From the NCBI GenBank assembly GCA_028023455.1, contig JAQFVV010000001.1, positions 11,098,001-11,162,000 of the forward strand: DNA of 64,000 bases, written 5' to 3'. This document shows, piece after piece, positions 14,795-27,590 of this stretch (positions are counted from its first letter, which is position 1; each line of letters starts with the position of its first letter). A program made the translations under genes and the position numbers. Source of the DNA: Epiperipatus broadwayi (Eukaryota; Animalia; Onychophora). A model generated the notes under the pieces. That model saw nothing but the letters and a program-made list of their open reading frames with translations. It was not told where the DNA came from and did no database searches.

Positions 14795-15176
14795 TTGTAA
14801 TAACAATAAAAATAATAAATATAATGGTAATTAATGATTATATACAGTCTTTCAATTTGCAGAAGTACTTTCAGTTAATTCCTTAACTCTCTTTAACTGC
14901 CATTAAATTCAAAAAACATAACAGAAGCAAATGTCAACAACTCAAATCACATGAATCCTAAATTTTAACATTAGCAGCTTGTCTATTACTTTAGAAAAGC
15001 TGCTAACATTAAAATTCAGGATTCATGGGATTTGAGCTGATAACATTTGCTTTTATTATGTTTTTTGAATTTAATGGCAGTTGAGGAGGGTTAAGGAATT
15101 AACTGAAAGTACTTCTGTGGATTAAAAGACTGCATATAATAATTAATTACCATTATATTTATTATTGTTATTACAA
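14795..15176. mobile_element. Foldback / MITE-like long inverted repeat (~190 bp arms, very short spacer)
   Basis: Left arm TTGTAATAACAATA...CAGAAGTACTTTCAGTTAATTCCTTAAC...TTAGCAGCTT is the reverse complement of the right arm AAGCTGCTAA...GTTAAGGAATTAACTGAAAGTACTTCTG...TATTGTTATTACAA. Confidence 0.85.
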
Positions 15177-17974
15177 ATACATGTTAATATAAGAAAATTG
15201 ACATATTTATTGAAGTATTAAAATGTAAAATAATAAATTTAAAATAAAGAAATTATTTTAAATGTTATAGAAAAATATTTTTATAATTTTTTTATCATTA
15301 AGAAGAAAGTATAAAAAAGTAATGCTATTTATTGTCTGCATGCAATCTCCAATTATGTATAAAAACAATTTAAATTTATATTAAAGCTAGTATAATTATT
15401 AAATATTATATCTATAATATTTTTTATAGATTTAGGTCATTTTAAAGCTAGCATTAAATATGGCATCCATTCCAGAGCATTTCATTTTCACATCAACACT
15501 TTTTCAACCATGGAAATGAGATTTTTATTAAAAAAAAAACAGAAATCCCATCCATGAACTTTAAAATGTTACACAAGTATCTTTATGTAAAAGTGAAGAT
15601 GACCAGTATGCATTATTCATGTCACAAATTGCTGTAATTGTGCTATCATGAATTATTTTATTTATCATAAAATAAGGATTAATCATTTATCTTTGAGATT
15701 TTATTAGCTAGGAATAGTGCAATTCTGGTTATTGATATATATGTGTTTCCTAGTAAGCATCAGTTCACACAATCTTTTATTTTATTTACTTCATGCTTTA
15801 TAATGATGTTAAATGTTTATACTTCTTCTATACAGAATGTAATAAAAGTAATAAGTGTGCTTATATACAACAATGGAGAAGCTTGCTATTTCTATGAATT
15901 AAATACGGCTTAGTGCTTTCGAGAATGTATGACATTCTCATATTCATAGCAAGATGAACTAAAATCATAATAGAAATATGATTGTAATTGTATATATTTG
16001 AAGAGATTAAAATTTATTTAAATTCAGTCTTACACATTTAAATTAGACCATCCATTTTTTGGAGACTGGGAAGGATGAGTCTCTATGGTTGATAGTATTC
16101 ATATTATTGGCTATATAGTAAAGTTCTCTTTTTTTTCTGAATCATTTTCTTCAATATATTGGATGGTTGCATAGGAGGGAACAAATTGATATCCTGTCAC
16201 ACTTTGGTGCTCAAGGAATATAGAGCTAAGTTCTTCCTTGTCTGCAGCTTTTTTGTATAAGTATTGGTACTAGGAAAAACAAGTTGACAAAGAAGCTCAG
16301 GGTTCCCCATACTAGATTGAACGTGTTTTATGATAATTTTTGTTGTTTAATCAATGATTTTGATAAATACTGTTAAATATTTTTTTACATTTCATCATAA
16401 TGCTAAACTGTACGATATTTAAAAGAATAAGAGATAATGATAAAATATCGTTATCATTGATCAGTGATGTAGGGTTCAGTTCTTAAATTATGAATCTACA
16501 TTTGCTTAGAGAAGTTTACATATTTAATATCAAACTATTTTTTCGTCTATTTTGACATACATCTAGACAAAAAAGATATCTACTTTCTCTCCAAGTCTTG
16601 AAAAGTTAATCTAATCAAGGACAGGTTAATCATTGGCTATAGAAAATGCCACTACCTAGACAATTTCATTTAACGGTCAATGACATTATTGTCTATTTAC
16701 ACAGTTATAGTTTAATTTTAGAATGAAATATATTTTAAAATTAAGTGAATACATTTTTAAAATATATTATTTGAAATGTTAATTCTTCGTAACTATCTCC
16801 TTGGCCTTCCAATAATAAAATTATTTGTTTTATACCCATAACTGTAAAGTGAATTCTTTTAAAATAACTTAATGTTTTATTTCTGTAGCTACATTTTTGT
16901 CTGAATTGATTTTATATTTCAAATGTCATAATGAATTAGATTTTTGTGTTTGTTTTAGCAAAACTAATGCATAAAACTGGCAGCTGGCCCAGAATCAGAA
17001 TCTGATTAATGGACAGCTAGCTTTAAAGTAACTTTGATTTGTAATTTTGCTTAGATGACAAAACAAAGGAGAGAAAAGCAGTATCAAATCTATGAAAAAT
17101 GAGATCTTTTTTTAAATATATTGACAGTACTTATATATATAATTTTATTAAATAAAATTGATTCTCCCTCAGTATTTTTAATAAATTGTATTGAATGTGA
17201 AATTGAAATTTAAGGGTAAAGTTTGTGAAATATTTATTTATAATGTTTAATAAATGCATACATCCGATGCACAGATCTGGAAAAAATAGGAACGGATGTT
17301 ATAAAATTTGCAATAGAAAAGAACAATTATTTGTGATATATAGATGACATTACATTAATGTATTATCGAAAGTAAAAAAGATTTAAAATTATCATTTTTT
17401 AAAAGAAAAAGAATAATAGCTAGGACATTGCTAAACATCGAAAACCTTATATACATTTTTTCGAAAGAAAAGAATTTAAAATAAATAATAAAAATATAGA
17501 AGTTTTTCTAGGATTTATAATTTATAGCAATGGAAGTTATACCAAAACAAACAAAAAAAGCAGCATATTGCTATGATTGATAAAGTAGCTGTCAAAGTTG
17601 TTCTTTAATGATGACAGATAAATATCAATGTGTTAATAAAAAATTCATGAGAACAGTCCTGCACATAGTCTTAACCTATGATTATAAAAATTAGAATTTA
17701 TGATTTTAATTAACTTCACATTATGAGAATCAAATCTCTGTGCAGTGAGTCAACAGAAATTCATTGGAATCTAATAAAAAATATTTATATATCTATTAAC
17801 TAATGTAATTTTCGTTATTATTATATAAATACAATTTATCCAAACCCCTTTGAAGACTTTTTAGCAAGATCCTTTATTGTACATATATACATAAATTCAA
17901 TATAGAGAGCATACCAATAGCCCAAACAAGCTCTTATTAATAAGTGTGATAAGAAAAAATATTTTAAATCTCTA

Positions 17975-18195
17975 TCTGGAATATTCTTATCCCCAGCTCA
18001 CCTCAGTGAGGAGCTAGAACATTCAGACACTAGATCTATAATATCAACCCAAATCCCATCACTTATTTAATATATGACTACTGGGAAGAAACTCTGAAAT
18101 TTTCAGATGTAAAAAAAATCTATAACTTTAGCTATCTAACTCAAATAGATATATGGCACTGAACCAAATTCAGATCTACCATATATTAAAGCAAT
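17975..18195 (-). repeat. Degenerate copy of hammerhead-repeat family B (core deleted)
   Basis: GAATATTCTTATCCCCAG..CAGTGAGGAGCTAGAACATTCAG...CTGAAATTTTCAGATGT...TTAGCTATCTAA matches 55240-55450. Confidence 0.7.
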
Positions 18196-18712
18196 GCCAC
18201 ACTATATATGACTTGCTTTATTGATTATTATATATACATACACCTTATGTTTCAACTGCCCTGCAGGCTTCTTCAGAAAAAGAATTTTGTTAAAAAGTAT
18301 TCAATGTGTTTTGGATAAATTGTATTTATATGATATTACAAAAAAATAAAGGAAAGGGTGATTTTGGAAATTTTTCTGTTATTATGTTGTTTCTAAGACT
18401 AAAATAAAATATAAGAATAACTTGTTAGTTTTTGTTTATGAAAATATTACATTATTTTTATTTCTTTGGTTGTTTTTATTTATTAATAGATAGTAAAATA
18501 TGTTCTATTAAACTGTGAAAAAAGATTCATTAAATTATTAGTTAGTTTGCTTAACATACAAAATATATGTGTAACCATATTAGAGATAAGCTTTATATTG
18601 TAAAATTAGCAAAATATGCCAAATACACTTTTAACTATTTAATCATACTAGTCATAATCATGGCATTGATGGTGATGTTACAAATGCTAGATAAGTACAG
18701 GTTTATTCCTTA

Positions 18713-19389
18713 TGTTAATTGCGTTAACTGTAGCTGAGTGCACTTTCGGCTGTTGAAGTCAGATTCATAGCAATCTTGGTATGGCTGGATATACTGTAGC
18801 ATTTAAATGTACAACACTAATTTATTTAAATTAGTAATTTAAATATTATATTTATTGGAGAGGTGTATGCTTTCTCTTTTGTTAATGGCTTGATTGTTGT
18901 TAGTAATAAACCATGCCTTTTTCACTTTACATTTTCTATCATCTCACTCCATGCAAACAATTTTAACATTTATTGGATCAAAAATGTGGGCAGATTTTTG
19001 TTCATGCTCTCAGAAAATGCATTTATATTCTTATTTTTAACTCACTTATATTTGTATTGGGAAACTCTAATAGCTATATTTGCCTTTGATCCCTTATTTT
19101 CTAAGAGTATGAGTAAAATGTTGGCTACATTTTCAATCCCAATGAATGTTAAAATTATTTGCATGGAGTGAGACTATAGAAAATGTAAAGTGAAAGAGGA
19201 ATTGTTTATTGCTAACAATAACCAGGCCACTAACAAGAAAGAGAATAGCATCCAATTCTCCAACAAATTGAATATTTAAACTACTAATTTAAATAAATTA
19301 GCATTTAAATACTATAATCACCACAATATTGCTATGAATCTGACTTTATGAGCTGAAAGTGTGCTCAGTTACAATTAATAAAATTAACA
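18713..19389. mobile_element. Foldback / MITE with ~270 bp terminal inverted repeats, TA-flanked
   Basis: Arms ~18713-18985 and ~19120-19389 are diverged reverse complements (e.g. AGTCAGATTCATAGCAAT / ATTGCTATGAATCTGACT; TTCACTTTACATTTTCTAT / ATAGAAAATGTAAAGTGAA); TA on both sides. Confidence 0.85.
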
Positions 19390-21009
19390 TACAGAATAAA
19401 TCTTTACTTAGTTAATGTTTGAAATGTTTAAGCAAACTAACTGCAAATTGGATAAGGCAAAGAAAAATAATATTATTTATAAATAAAAAGCATGAACTTA
19501 TATGATAAAATAACTCATCTTTAAGTTATATTATTTAGAAATGACTAGGAACAAATAGAATATATAACTGAATTTTATTTTTAGAATCTATCATTTTATA
19601 GTCATTGTTTTTTTTCCACATTTATTTTATCAGAAAGAGTCCATATTAAATTGCTGAATGTTATATTCAGAATTAGATGATGGCATTATATATGATGCTT
19701 TATTAAAGAAATATATAATCTTCAACTGTTTAATAAAAAGATGAAAACATATGTATTCTAGTAAAATATATTTATTTATTGTAAATAGTTTGGTATTCAG
19801 TAAACTGTTAATTCTATAGCAACAACTCAGAATCCTCTATTTCAAGATAAAATATAGTACCTTATGAATATAAAAAACTTCTTTTTCTTCTTATATTTAA
19901 TTATTCTATCTGGAATATAAAAAATATTATATACATTAGAAATAATATAAGGTATCAAATATTTTAATACAAAAATTATGGTTTAAATAATAGTACCTCT
20001 CATCTTTTTTAATGTGCTATATTACCAATATTTGCATCAACAATTTAATTATTGTTTTTAAGAAGAAATTAACTATATAACATTTAAATAGTGTCCAGAC
20101 TTTATTAAAAGATCCCTTAGGGGAAAACAGTCATTCATGGAAGAACAACTAGATTTTTTTTTCAATGAGATCAATGGAAGAATCAATATTATGTTTTAAT
20201 CCAATATATGATGACATGGGTTATATAAATTAATGTACTGCACTATCATTTTGAAAAATGTTAGTTAATATTACCTGCAAATAGTATTTTACTCATAGGA
20301 TAAACCTGATCCCCTCAAAATCCAATATTCAGCAGTTATGTCATGTTCATGCAGAATAATTGAATTAGTTTAAATAATATTATAATATGGTTACTTAAAT
20401 TATGAATTCTTCATCATGTTTAATAGCTGTAAAAAGTAACTTCATTGTCAGACTTATTTTAGCAATCATCAAAGATAAATCCTTTCCATTGGATGGGAAG
20501 AATGTAAATGATAATTCATCTATAAGACATTCTTTGAATCACTCATGGTCCATTACTTACTTCAAAAATCAATAATGTTTTATAAATAATAAACTGTTTT
20601 GGTAGATGCTAGAATATTTGGATGAATATTGAATCTGCACGAATTTACCCCAGTATAGTTAGTGGTTTTAGGCTGGATTTCTTTTTATATTATTCATTGT
20701 TACTTTTTAGAAAACATTGATTTTATAACATAGTTGATTCTATTTATATTTTATTCTCACATCTTCAATAAAATAGTTATTTTGACAATCCTAAAAAATT
20801 TAAACATTTCAAATATTTTTTAGATGCCAATGCTCCATATGCAAATGTATGCTTTAAAACTTAGAGATGCTTGATAAATTTTTTCAAATGGGAATGATAA
20901 TGACACCAACTTTCTTGTGCATCTTATTCAACATAATATGTAATACATCAGTGTATCCAAAAATTAATTAACCAATTAAAATCAGGTGTTGGTGATTATC
21001 AAATTTTAA

Positions 21010-21260
21010 GTCTCTGGTATACATATTAATATCAGGTGTCCTGATCATCACACCCCAAGTTATATGTCAGAGGGACTCATTTAGGTTACATTAAATGTAC
21101 TTGGTTTGAACTTTGTTAACCTATATTCAGGCACTACTTTCTTTTAAGAAAGACTACATATGAATATTTTACTCTCTGGCATTATCATCATAATTCTCAT
21201 GATAACAATCCTGCTTTTTTCAACTCAGAGGTTCTGAGAGCTCAGGATCAGTGCAGAGTT
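21010..21260. repeat. Interspersed repeat family D, copy 1 (partner ~27000-27240)
   Basis: GGTTTGAACTTTGT.AACC...CTACATATGAATATTTTACTCTCTGGC...ATCATCA..TTCTCAT.ATAACAATCC shared by both loci. Confidence 0.8.
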
Positions 21261-23549
21261 GATATATATGCATGGAGGGTGAGACAACTGACAGAATGAT
21301 ACATAGACAACTAAGTAAGTTAAACAACAGTATAATTTACTTATTCTAGACACCCTTGATTGATTTCGAAAGTTATCTGCATACATTATTCTTTGATGAA
21401 TAAAATTAATTAAATTGATATATTAAAAAAGTTTAAGATTGAAAGCATTTAAGTAACATTCAGTATATTAAGAAAGTTTATTAAAGATTAAAAACAAAAA
21501 AAAGCAATCTAAATAATGTGTACATTTTAAAAAACACAGAAGGCCTTTTATATGCATGCATGTATCTACAAATTCTTACCATTGTTTGGCTCAAGACTAC
21601 CAGAAGACTATTTCTGATCTGAGTTATTACAGTCTCTATTGTTCATTTTAATGAACATTTTCTTGATTCTGATTAAGTTATTTCTTGATTAAGTGGATTA
21701 TAAAAATGCCAGCAACTGGAAAAACCTCCTGTAGACAAAAAGCTATATTTCATTATAGTACATTTCTAGACTCCTTCTAGGTATTTCTATGAAAGTGAAA
21801 GGCTACTTCATTACTTTTGACTAATCCAGCAGGTGAGCTCAGAAAATTATGTTTCCTCTTTTTTCTTCAAATTACTTTTTATATTCTATATATGGTTGGT
21901 TTCATGTCAATACTGAAAATTACTACAACAGTGATCTTCTGAGACAATCTAGAATGCTTCAGTGACTAAATTGTACTTTGACTTTCCACAGATGTTATTT
22001 CTTCTTTTTTCTTTTTATAGCTTTTTCTTAAGTCAGGGCAAACCTTACAAAAAACCTTTGTTTGTTTTTTTTATTTTTAAATCTATTTCTTAACTCTTTA
22101 ATTATGTTTAATTACAGTCTTGATTGAATTTACTCTTTATTAATAGCAACCTTAATTAGTTTTTTGTTTTTTTTAGTTTTTTTTTTTTAAAGAATTTTAA
22201 ACTTAATTAAACCAAGTTACAAAATATATAATCTTTTTTATATAATCTAGCATATTAGGTACATCCAAGGTTTTACAAAAAGTTTTACAAATTTTTCAAT
22301 CTCTCTTTATGAATACACACTTTTTGTAATCATATAATTATCTAAATATAATTTAAAATATACATATTCAACAGATATATGACATCAATCAAGAGTCTTT
22401 TTATTACATTAATTTTGTTTTATTTATTACTATAATTTTCATTTTATTTGGGAATATTTAATAAATATCCCATTTAATTTTCATGATGGGAATGGCATGT
22501 GCATGAATAGAAAGAGCTGTTCAAGATCATAACATTGCAATACCCCTCTCTTAAAATGGTGAAACAATGAATTTCACTTACCATCATTTAAACTTTAAGC
22601 TGATTTTCTTTTATGATTTGATCATTAGCTTGGTAACTAATGACTATAAATAAAATCTATACAAATAGAATATCTGTGGTTATTTCAGCCATTACTATTA
22701 TTGTTGGTGCTGTATTATTCCCCAGACTGCTGGTCAATTGGATACACAACTATGCCATCATATATTCTCACAAGTAATTTTTTATGCATTAGAAGTGAGA
22801 ATCAGTACTACAATACTTACACATACATTCAATTTTACAATTCCAATAACAACTACATTAATGTTATATTCCAGGTCTTTTGACATAAGTTTATCCTCAA
22901 TTAAGAAAATAATACCAGAAATGCTCCACTGGCATGCAGATAATTCAGGAAAATTTTAAATGGAGCCTATCAAAGGGAAGGGTGGTCAACCCTTCATATG
23001 TGACTTTAATAAATAATGTGTGAATATTCTATGGCACACAGAAATATACTTGCCAAATGTATCATGGTATCATTTTAGTTTATCTCCCAGATAATTACAT
23101 AGATTGACATCACAAACAATTATGTTCATTAATTTGTATTTTAATAGAGAAAAAGGTTTAATATTTTATCTTTATTTTTAAACTCTGTATTTACTTTTAT
23201 TTTTGAACTCTGTATTCCTTTATTAATAATAAGAAATAAACTGAGGGCATATTACCATACTTCACCATTCCTAGTATATATTGTTTTTTTCTTTGAGTTG
23301 TTAAAATTATATTCTGTGTAGGAATTTTCAGTTAATACTTTTCAGACAAAATCTACTTTGTTTTTATTTTACTGGTTTCTTAGCTAGCATCATAGTCTTT
23401 GAAATATTTTTATTATTTCACAATTTATTTTTTACATTTTTAATGATTTGTCACTCTTGCATTTTTTTATATAGCAAGCCAATATTATCTTTAAATCCCT
23501 TCTTTGTTGTCATTATTGGTATTTATCATTTCTATCCTTCCCTAAATTA

Positions 23550-25600
23550 TATATATATAGTTTTTTTTTACTGTATATATATATAGTATTTAAAAAATCA
23601 TTCATCCTTAAAACAGATCCAGAATCATCAAAATGGTAGGCCTTTCTTATTGTTCATCTAAGAGTCACTTTTTACATCTGTCCAGGAAATTTTTCAGAAA
23701 TAAAGGATGTATTCCTTCTATAAAATTTAGAATATTTTCTGACATCCTCAGAATCCCTGTTTATTTCTTGATTCTAAAATCAATTTTATTTTATTTTCTA
23801 TCTTTATACTTCTTTCTTCATTTATCCCAGTACTAGTACTTGGATATGGTGAAATATGTAATTGTTATCTTAGGATTAAGTAGCTTCTGAACACCTTACT
23901 ATTCTGTTTTCTCTATACTATTAGTACTTTTTCTTCTTTCTCTATTTCCTCTATACAGACTAAATCTGCAGATGTTATTCACATTTATACACTCAATGTT
24001 GGTTTCACTTTTATTTTTATTTATTGGTCTGCTCTGATAATTAAAACCAAACATTATGTTGGTTGTCAGCTCAAATTCAACGCATTCAGTTGCTCAGCTA
24101 CCTGTTCAATGCTTTGACAACCAGTGCTATATATATAGTTTTTTTAGAGATAGATTTCTTCTTATCACTTGAACATTCTATCTTTAAGTTAAAGTATGGG
24201 CAGTTAGCACTCTTAGTCTGACCTGAAAGGGATATATATTATATAGATTTATATCTTTCCTGAGAGACTTGATATACAATACCTTCTTGATATTCCTCAG
24301 TCCAAAAATTGCCTAAAAATGTATGTTTATGTTTTTGAAATGTATTTAGCTTAATAAACAGAGAATTCCAACAAGCTTGAAATGTTCTCTACAAATGATT
24401 GCTAGATATATCCATCTTACTTTCCTCTGACATTGGGATTAAGTTAAAATGCCTTTTTAGGCAGCTCCAGTGTTTTATAAGTGCTTCACCAGTCTGGCCC
24501 CTAAATGTTCTAAGACTGTGGTTTGGTTTACTGTGCTATGTGCATCACTATATGGAAACAGGGCTAGCTTTTGCCTCTTCATTGTTTTGAATTCAGTTTC
24601 ATTTATCTCTATGAGATTTGTCATTATTGAAATTCTTTTTACCAATTCATTTTTTTTTTTTCAAATTTATTGAGACTTGTTTAATCTGTATCTTTTCCAG
24701 TCAATAAATAATTTTTTCATATGTATTCTAAGAGGTCACTTCATTTCTCTTATTTCTGTGTTAGTTCTTTGCTAAACATATATAACTAGTTCTTAATTTT
24801 TATTCTTATCTTCAGTCTGAAGCTTACTTGCTTTATTATTACTTCCCTTTATATTCTCTTGCACATTTATTATAGCTACTTCACTTTGCTTAAATTTTTC
24901 TAAATATTTAACATACCTTTTTCCTTTTGCTTTCATATTTTATTGAATACTTAATATAGATTCTTAATAAAATATTTTGTCTTGGTCTTTCATACATTTT
25001 AACCTCCATTTTGGCCAGCCTTTCTTTCTATTCTATTTGGTCTTTTTGTATACTTTCTGCTATTTAAACTAAATTTATCTTCCCATTTTTTAGTCAAGTT
25101 TCTAATATAGCTTAGTTTTCAATCTTAATTTTTTTTATTTCTTTCAGTACTATCACCATTGTTTGCTGACTTTCTTTATTTTCTTTTAACATTTTTTTTT
25201 TGTTTTTTTACCATTCTCCCTGTGAATTTCTTTTATCACATAGCCCTTTTTCATCAACATCTCCATTATTTTCACAAAGATTTCCAACTTAATATCCACA
25301 TTTTAATTATCCAGTTCTTTATGTTCTGTGTCTTTGGGCACTTCTAGTACATTCATTTATTCTTCTGTTTCTTTTCCCATGTTTTCTGCTTGCCTTCATT
25401 TCTTAATTCTAGATTTTGTTAACATTACTATTTTGTTCTATTACTAGTAAGATTAATAACTACTATTATAATTTTAATATTTTCTTTTTTTAACATTCTT
25501 ACTTTCATTAAATAGTGCACCAATTTTATTCGCACAATGAACATAACAAACATCAAAAACTATGCCTATTTTTTTCTTATTTACCTTTACCTACTAACAA
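23550..25600 (-). mobile_element. Decayed LINE relic (ORF1-like coiled-coil region plus endonuclease start)
   Basis: Strongly pyrimidine-rich + strand; minus-strand translation is K/E-rich with many stops. No intact ORF. Confidence 0.4.
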
Positions 25601-25752
25601 AACTACTTTAACGCCATTGTTAATTAATTATTACATTTTTTAAAACGGGCAAAACTCTTTATATGTATTGCTACTCAGTGCATGCCAGAGTAATCAATGG
25701 ATACCAGAAGGCTTGTGCATAAAATCCCCATCTAGGGCCTACTCCTCCAATA

Positions 25753-25794
25753 TCCCCAGACTAGTTTCTGGCTTGTGGCCTTCATCAGTGAAGA
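25753..25794 (-). ncRNA. Type I minimal hammerhead ribozyme A3
   Basis: Minus strand: TCTTCA-CTGATGA-AGGCCACAAGCCA-GAAA-CTAG-TC-TGGGGA; intact core, helix I kept by G-U pairs, GGC/GCC helix II, GUC triplet. Confidence 0.9.
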
Positions 25795-26146
25795 GCCTTG
25801 GATTTGAGAGCACTGCACCTAGATCTTAGAATCTAATGTAACCCTCCAGAAGCCACTTTTTATCTCTACTTAACTACAAAGCCATGAATCTTAAATTGAA
25901 AACACTTTAATATTTTCAATCAAAGCTTATTAGCTTATAGAGTCATATAGGTCTGAACTCAGTTCAGTACCTATACCTTTTAGGGTCTTTGGTTCTTTAA
26001 TAACCATAGCCACCAGTATCCTATTAGGCAGGATTGGTTTTAAGCCAAAACAGGCAAAACTCTCTATTGCCACTCAAGCCAGAGTAATCAATGGATGCCA
26101 GAAGGCATATGTATAAAATCCCCATCTAGTGCCTACTCATTCAATA

Positions 26147-26188
26147 TCCCCAAACTAGTTTCTGGCTTGTGGCCTTCATCAGTGAGGA
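26147..26188 (-). ncRNA. Type I minimal hammerhead ribozyme A4
   Basis: Minus strand: TCCTCA-CTGATGA-AGGCCACAAGCCA-GAAA-CTAG-TT-TGGGGA; intact core, GUU triplet. Confidence 0.85.
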
Positions 26189-26999
26189 GCCTTGGATCTG
26201 AGAGCACTGCACCAATATCTTAGGATCTAATGCAACCCTCCAGCAGCCACCTTTTATCTCTACTTAACTACAAAGCTATGAGTCTTGAAAACAGTATAAT
26301 ATGTTCAATCCCAAGCTTATTAGCTTATATAGTCATATATGTCTGAACTCAGTTCAATACCTATACATTTTGGTGTCTTTGGTTCTTTAATAATCATAGT
26401 CACCATTATTCTATTGGCATAATTGGTTTTAAGCCAATAAACATCACATGATCACCATTTCTTATGCTTGCTCATAACTGTTATTAAAACAGGCAAAACT
26501 CTCTATATGCATTGCCACTCAGTGCAAGCAAGAGTTTTGCCTGTTTTAATAACAATTATGAGTAAGCCAAAGAAATGGTGATCACGTGTACATTTTTTCT
26601 TTTATTGTTATTATTATTATTATTATCATCATCATCATCTCTACGTTTTGTGTCAATCTCAGGTCTACTTTGAATTGATTAACAAACTGCCTCATATATT
26701 ATTAATTTTCAGGTCATTCAATAATGTGCGATTTGTACACTGGAGACCCCTTCATTAATGATGATAAGGATGGTAATTATACTGATGACTCATATATCTT
26801 TACATATCTCAATGCACACAGCGATATGAAATATTCAATGCAATATGTATTTTGTCAGTACACCAAAGATTAATTGATATTTGATTAAAATCAGATTTTG
26901 ATAATGATAAGATTAAATGATATTTGATTAAAATCAGATTTTGATCATGATAAATTTTTAATCCCTTGTATAAATATTTATATTAGATAACCTGATTAT

Positions 27000-27590
27000 A
27001 TTTATTGATCATCATACACCAAATCCTATCTTGGAGGGTGTCATTTAACATTTATTCATAAGAGTTAATTTGAGTATATCAGGTTTGAACTTTGTAAACC
27101 AGCATTCAGGTGCTAGTTTTTTCTAAAAAAGGCTACATATGAATATTTTACTCTCTGGCTGCATCATCACAGTTCTCATAATAACAATCCCACTTTTCTC
27201 ATCTCAGAAAATGAGTACCTGATCAGGATAAGTGGAGAATTGATATATATATATATTGCAACAGTATGGAGAAACAAGGGGTAAACCTGGAGTGATGGAA
27301 AAAATCATCATCATTAATCCCAAATCCATAACAAAATTTAACATTAATTATAAATAGCAATGAATATAATGAGCATTAGAAATCAGCCAAAAAGCTACTA
27401 TAGGTTTACCAGCATTATCCAAAAGCAATAATCATTCATCATCATGAATGATCAACAATAAAAATTAAATCAACAGTCAATCTTGTGACTGGATTTGAAA
27501 TGGGTCTACTATAGACCAGGCTAATTATTTAGCCTTTTCCAGCTTGAGGCAGATTTTTTAACCATAATTTGGATACACAAACTTAAAAAA
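27000..27590. repeat. Adjacent copies of repeat families D (~27000-27240) and E (~27410-27590)
   Basis: Similarity to 21010-21260 and 2540-2695 respectively. Confidence 0.75.

Larger units (their letters stand above)
25640..26590 (-). mobile_element. Hammerhead-repeat family A tandem array (~2.1 units) with short inverted terminal segment
   Basis: Reverse complement of 5381-6134; two hammerheads 394 bp apart (internal ~60 bp deletion); orientation flips at ~26530 (AGAGTTTTGCCTGTTTTAATAAC). Confidence 0.9.

Noticed and set aside
17320-17460. YL*YIDDI and HRKP as a Penelope RT (RYIDDI / YRKP)
   Set aside because: Motif spacing is too short, and the upstream CTDLE..G..IKFAIE.NN context fits a cadherin repeat better.
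21170-21200. Hammerhead in repeat family D (minus strand TGATGA...AAAA; also ~27145-27175)
   Set aside because: No CUGANGA core, no helix II and no helix I pairing could be drawn.
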